Source: Gracilinanus agilis (taxonomy: Eukaryota). Taken from it: DNA of 64,000 bases. The stretch is taken from contig NC_058131.1 of NCBI RefSeq assembly GCF_016433145.1, positions 285,242,513 to 285,306,512 on the forward strand. The letters are read 5' to 3'. A program made the translations under genes and the position numbers. The stretch's first letter is position 1. The number at the start of each line of letters is the position of its first letter. The notes beneath the pieces are model-generated. The model was not told the origin of the DNA and searched no databases. It saw only the letters and a list, made by a program, of their open reading frames with translations. Below are positions 63,400 through 64,000 of this stretch, in pieces.

Positions 63400-64000
63400 T
63401 TAAGCAAACATTATTTGGGGGGCATTTACTCTATAGGAAGCCATTGAGACGCATGCACACACGTGCACCTGTGTGTGTAATTATTAACTCTTCTTAATAC
63501 TTGTACAGTTTATAGGAGACTGAAAACATTGTGGAACAGGAAGAGGGCTCCTCTACAGGTCCTATCTGCCTTCTGGTAGACTACAGGCCCTTCTCCAGAC
63601 AGGAAGAGAAACTAAAGTCAAGGTAAATCAGAAGAGATGGCATAGAGCAATGCACACTCAAGTTCTTGGAGCCTAAAGGTAGGTAGGCAGGGGATGGGAT
63701 GGGAGAAGAGACCCCTTTCTGGAAGCAAAGGAGCATAGTTTCTGCCAGGAACAGTTTGCTTCTGGAAGAAGCAATAGCACAATCAACTGAATTGCATAAA
63801 TAAAGCAGTTTTCCTAGGTCCACACCCCTCCTATGGTCAGGGAAGAAGAAAGATACAATAGACAAAGAAAGAATTGCACCAGAGAACAGTCATAATGCAT
63901 TGTGCTGTCACACTTGTTTAACTCATGCTCCATAAATTCTGGGGTCCACAGTGTAAACTGTGTAAGCCATCATCATGGGCTGGGTCCTACCACCTGACAA
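63400..64000 (-). other. Possible 3' UTR of the neighbouring gene (STXBP1 expected by synteny)
   Basis: Repeat-free sequence with AGTAAA on the - strand at 63430-63425; the gene assignment is inferred from human gene order only. Confidence 0.3.

Noticed and set aside
53100-64000. Searched for a third CFAP157 copy and for STXBP1 core coding exons
   Set aside because: No matching exons (e.g. [13 protein letters not shown] or GSTHILTP) were visible by eye.

Overview
Intron-containing mammalian genomic DNA. The dense tRNA-derived SINEs resemble opossum SINE1_Mdo/MAR1, so a didelphid marsupial such as Monodelphis is likely (inference). Splice-phase-consistent gene models were built by hand. They follow the block known from human 9q34.11: TOR2A (+; exons 2-5, exon 1 lies upstream of the window), TTC16 (-; 12 coding exons, ~629 aa), and PTRH1 (+; 5 exons), which is head-to-head with TTC16 across a ~250 bp CpG-rich promoter. 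Next come TWO complete tandem CFAP157 genes on the - strand instead of the single human gene: 26554-37498 (737 aa) and 42161-52998 (518 aa). Both have 9 exons with identical phases and no disabling mutation, yet only ~44-68% amino-acid identity in exons 2-4. The PTRH1-proximal copy carries a ~180-codon Glu/Ala/Thr-rich acidic tail that an alternative acceptor could switch off. Other features: an orphan CpG-rich element with CTCF and tandem ETS motifs (55.3-55.9 kb), hAT MITEs with TIRs and 8-bp TSDs, L1 fragments, and a candidate terminal exon near 61.6 kb whose phase fits the expected neighbour STXBP1. Gene names come from recognising the translations. Human comparisons are from memory and no database search was run.
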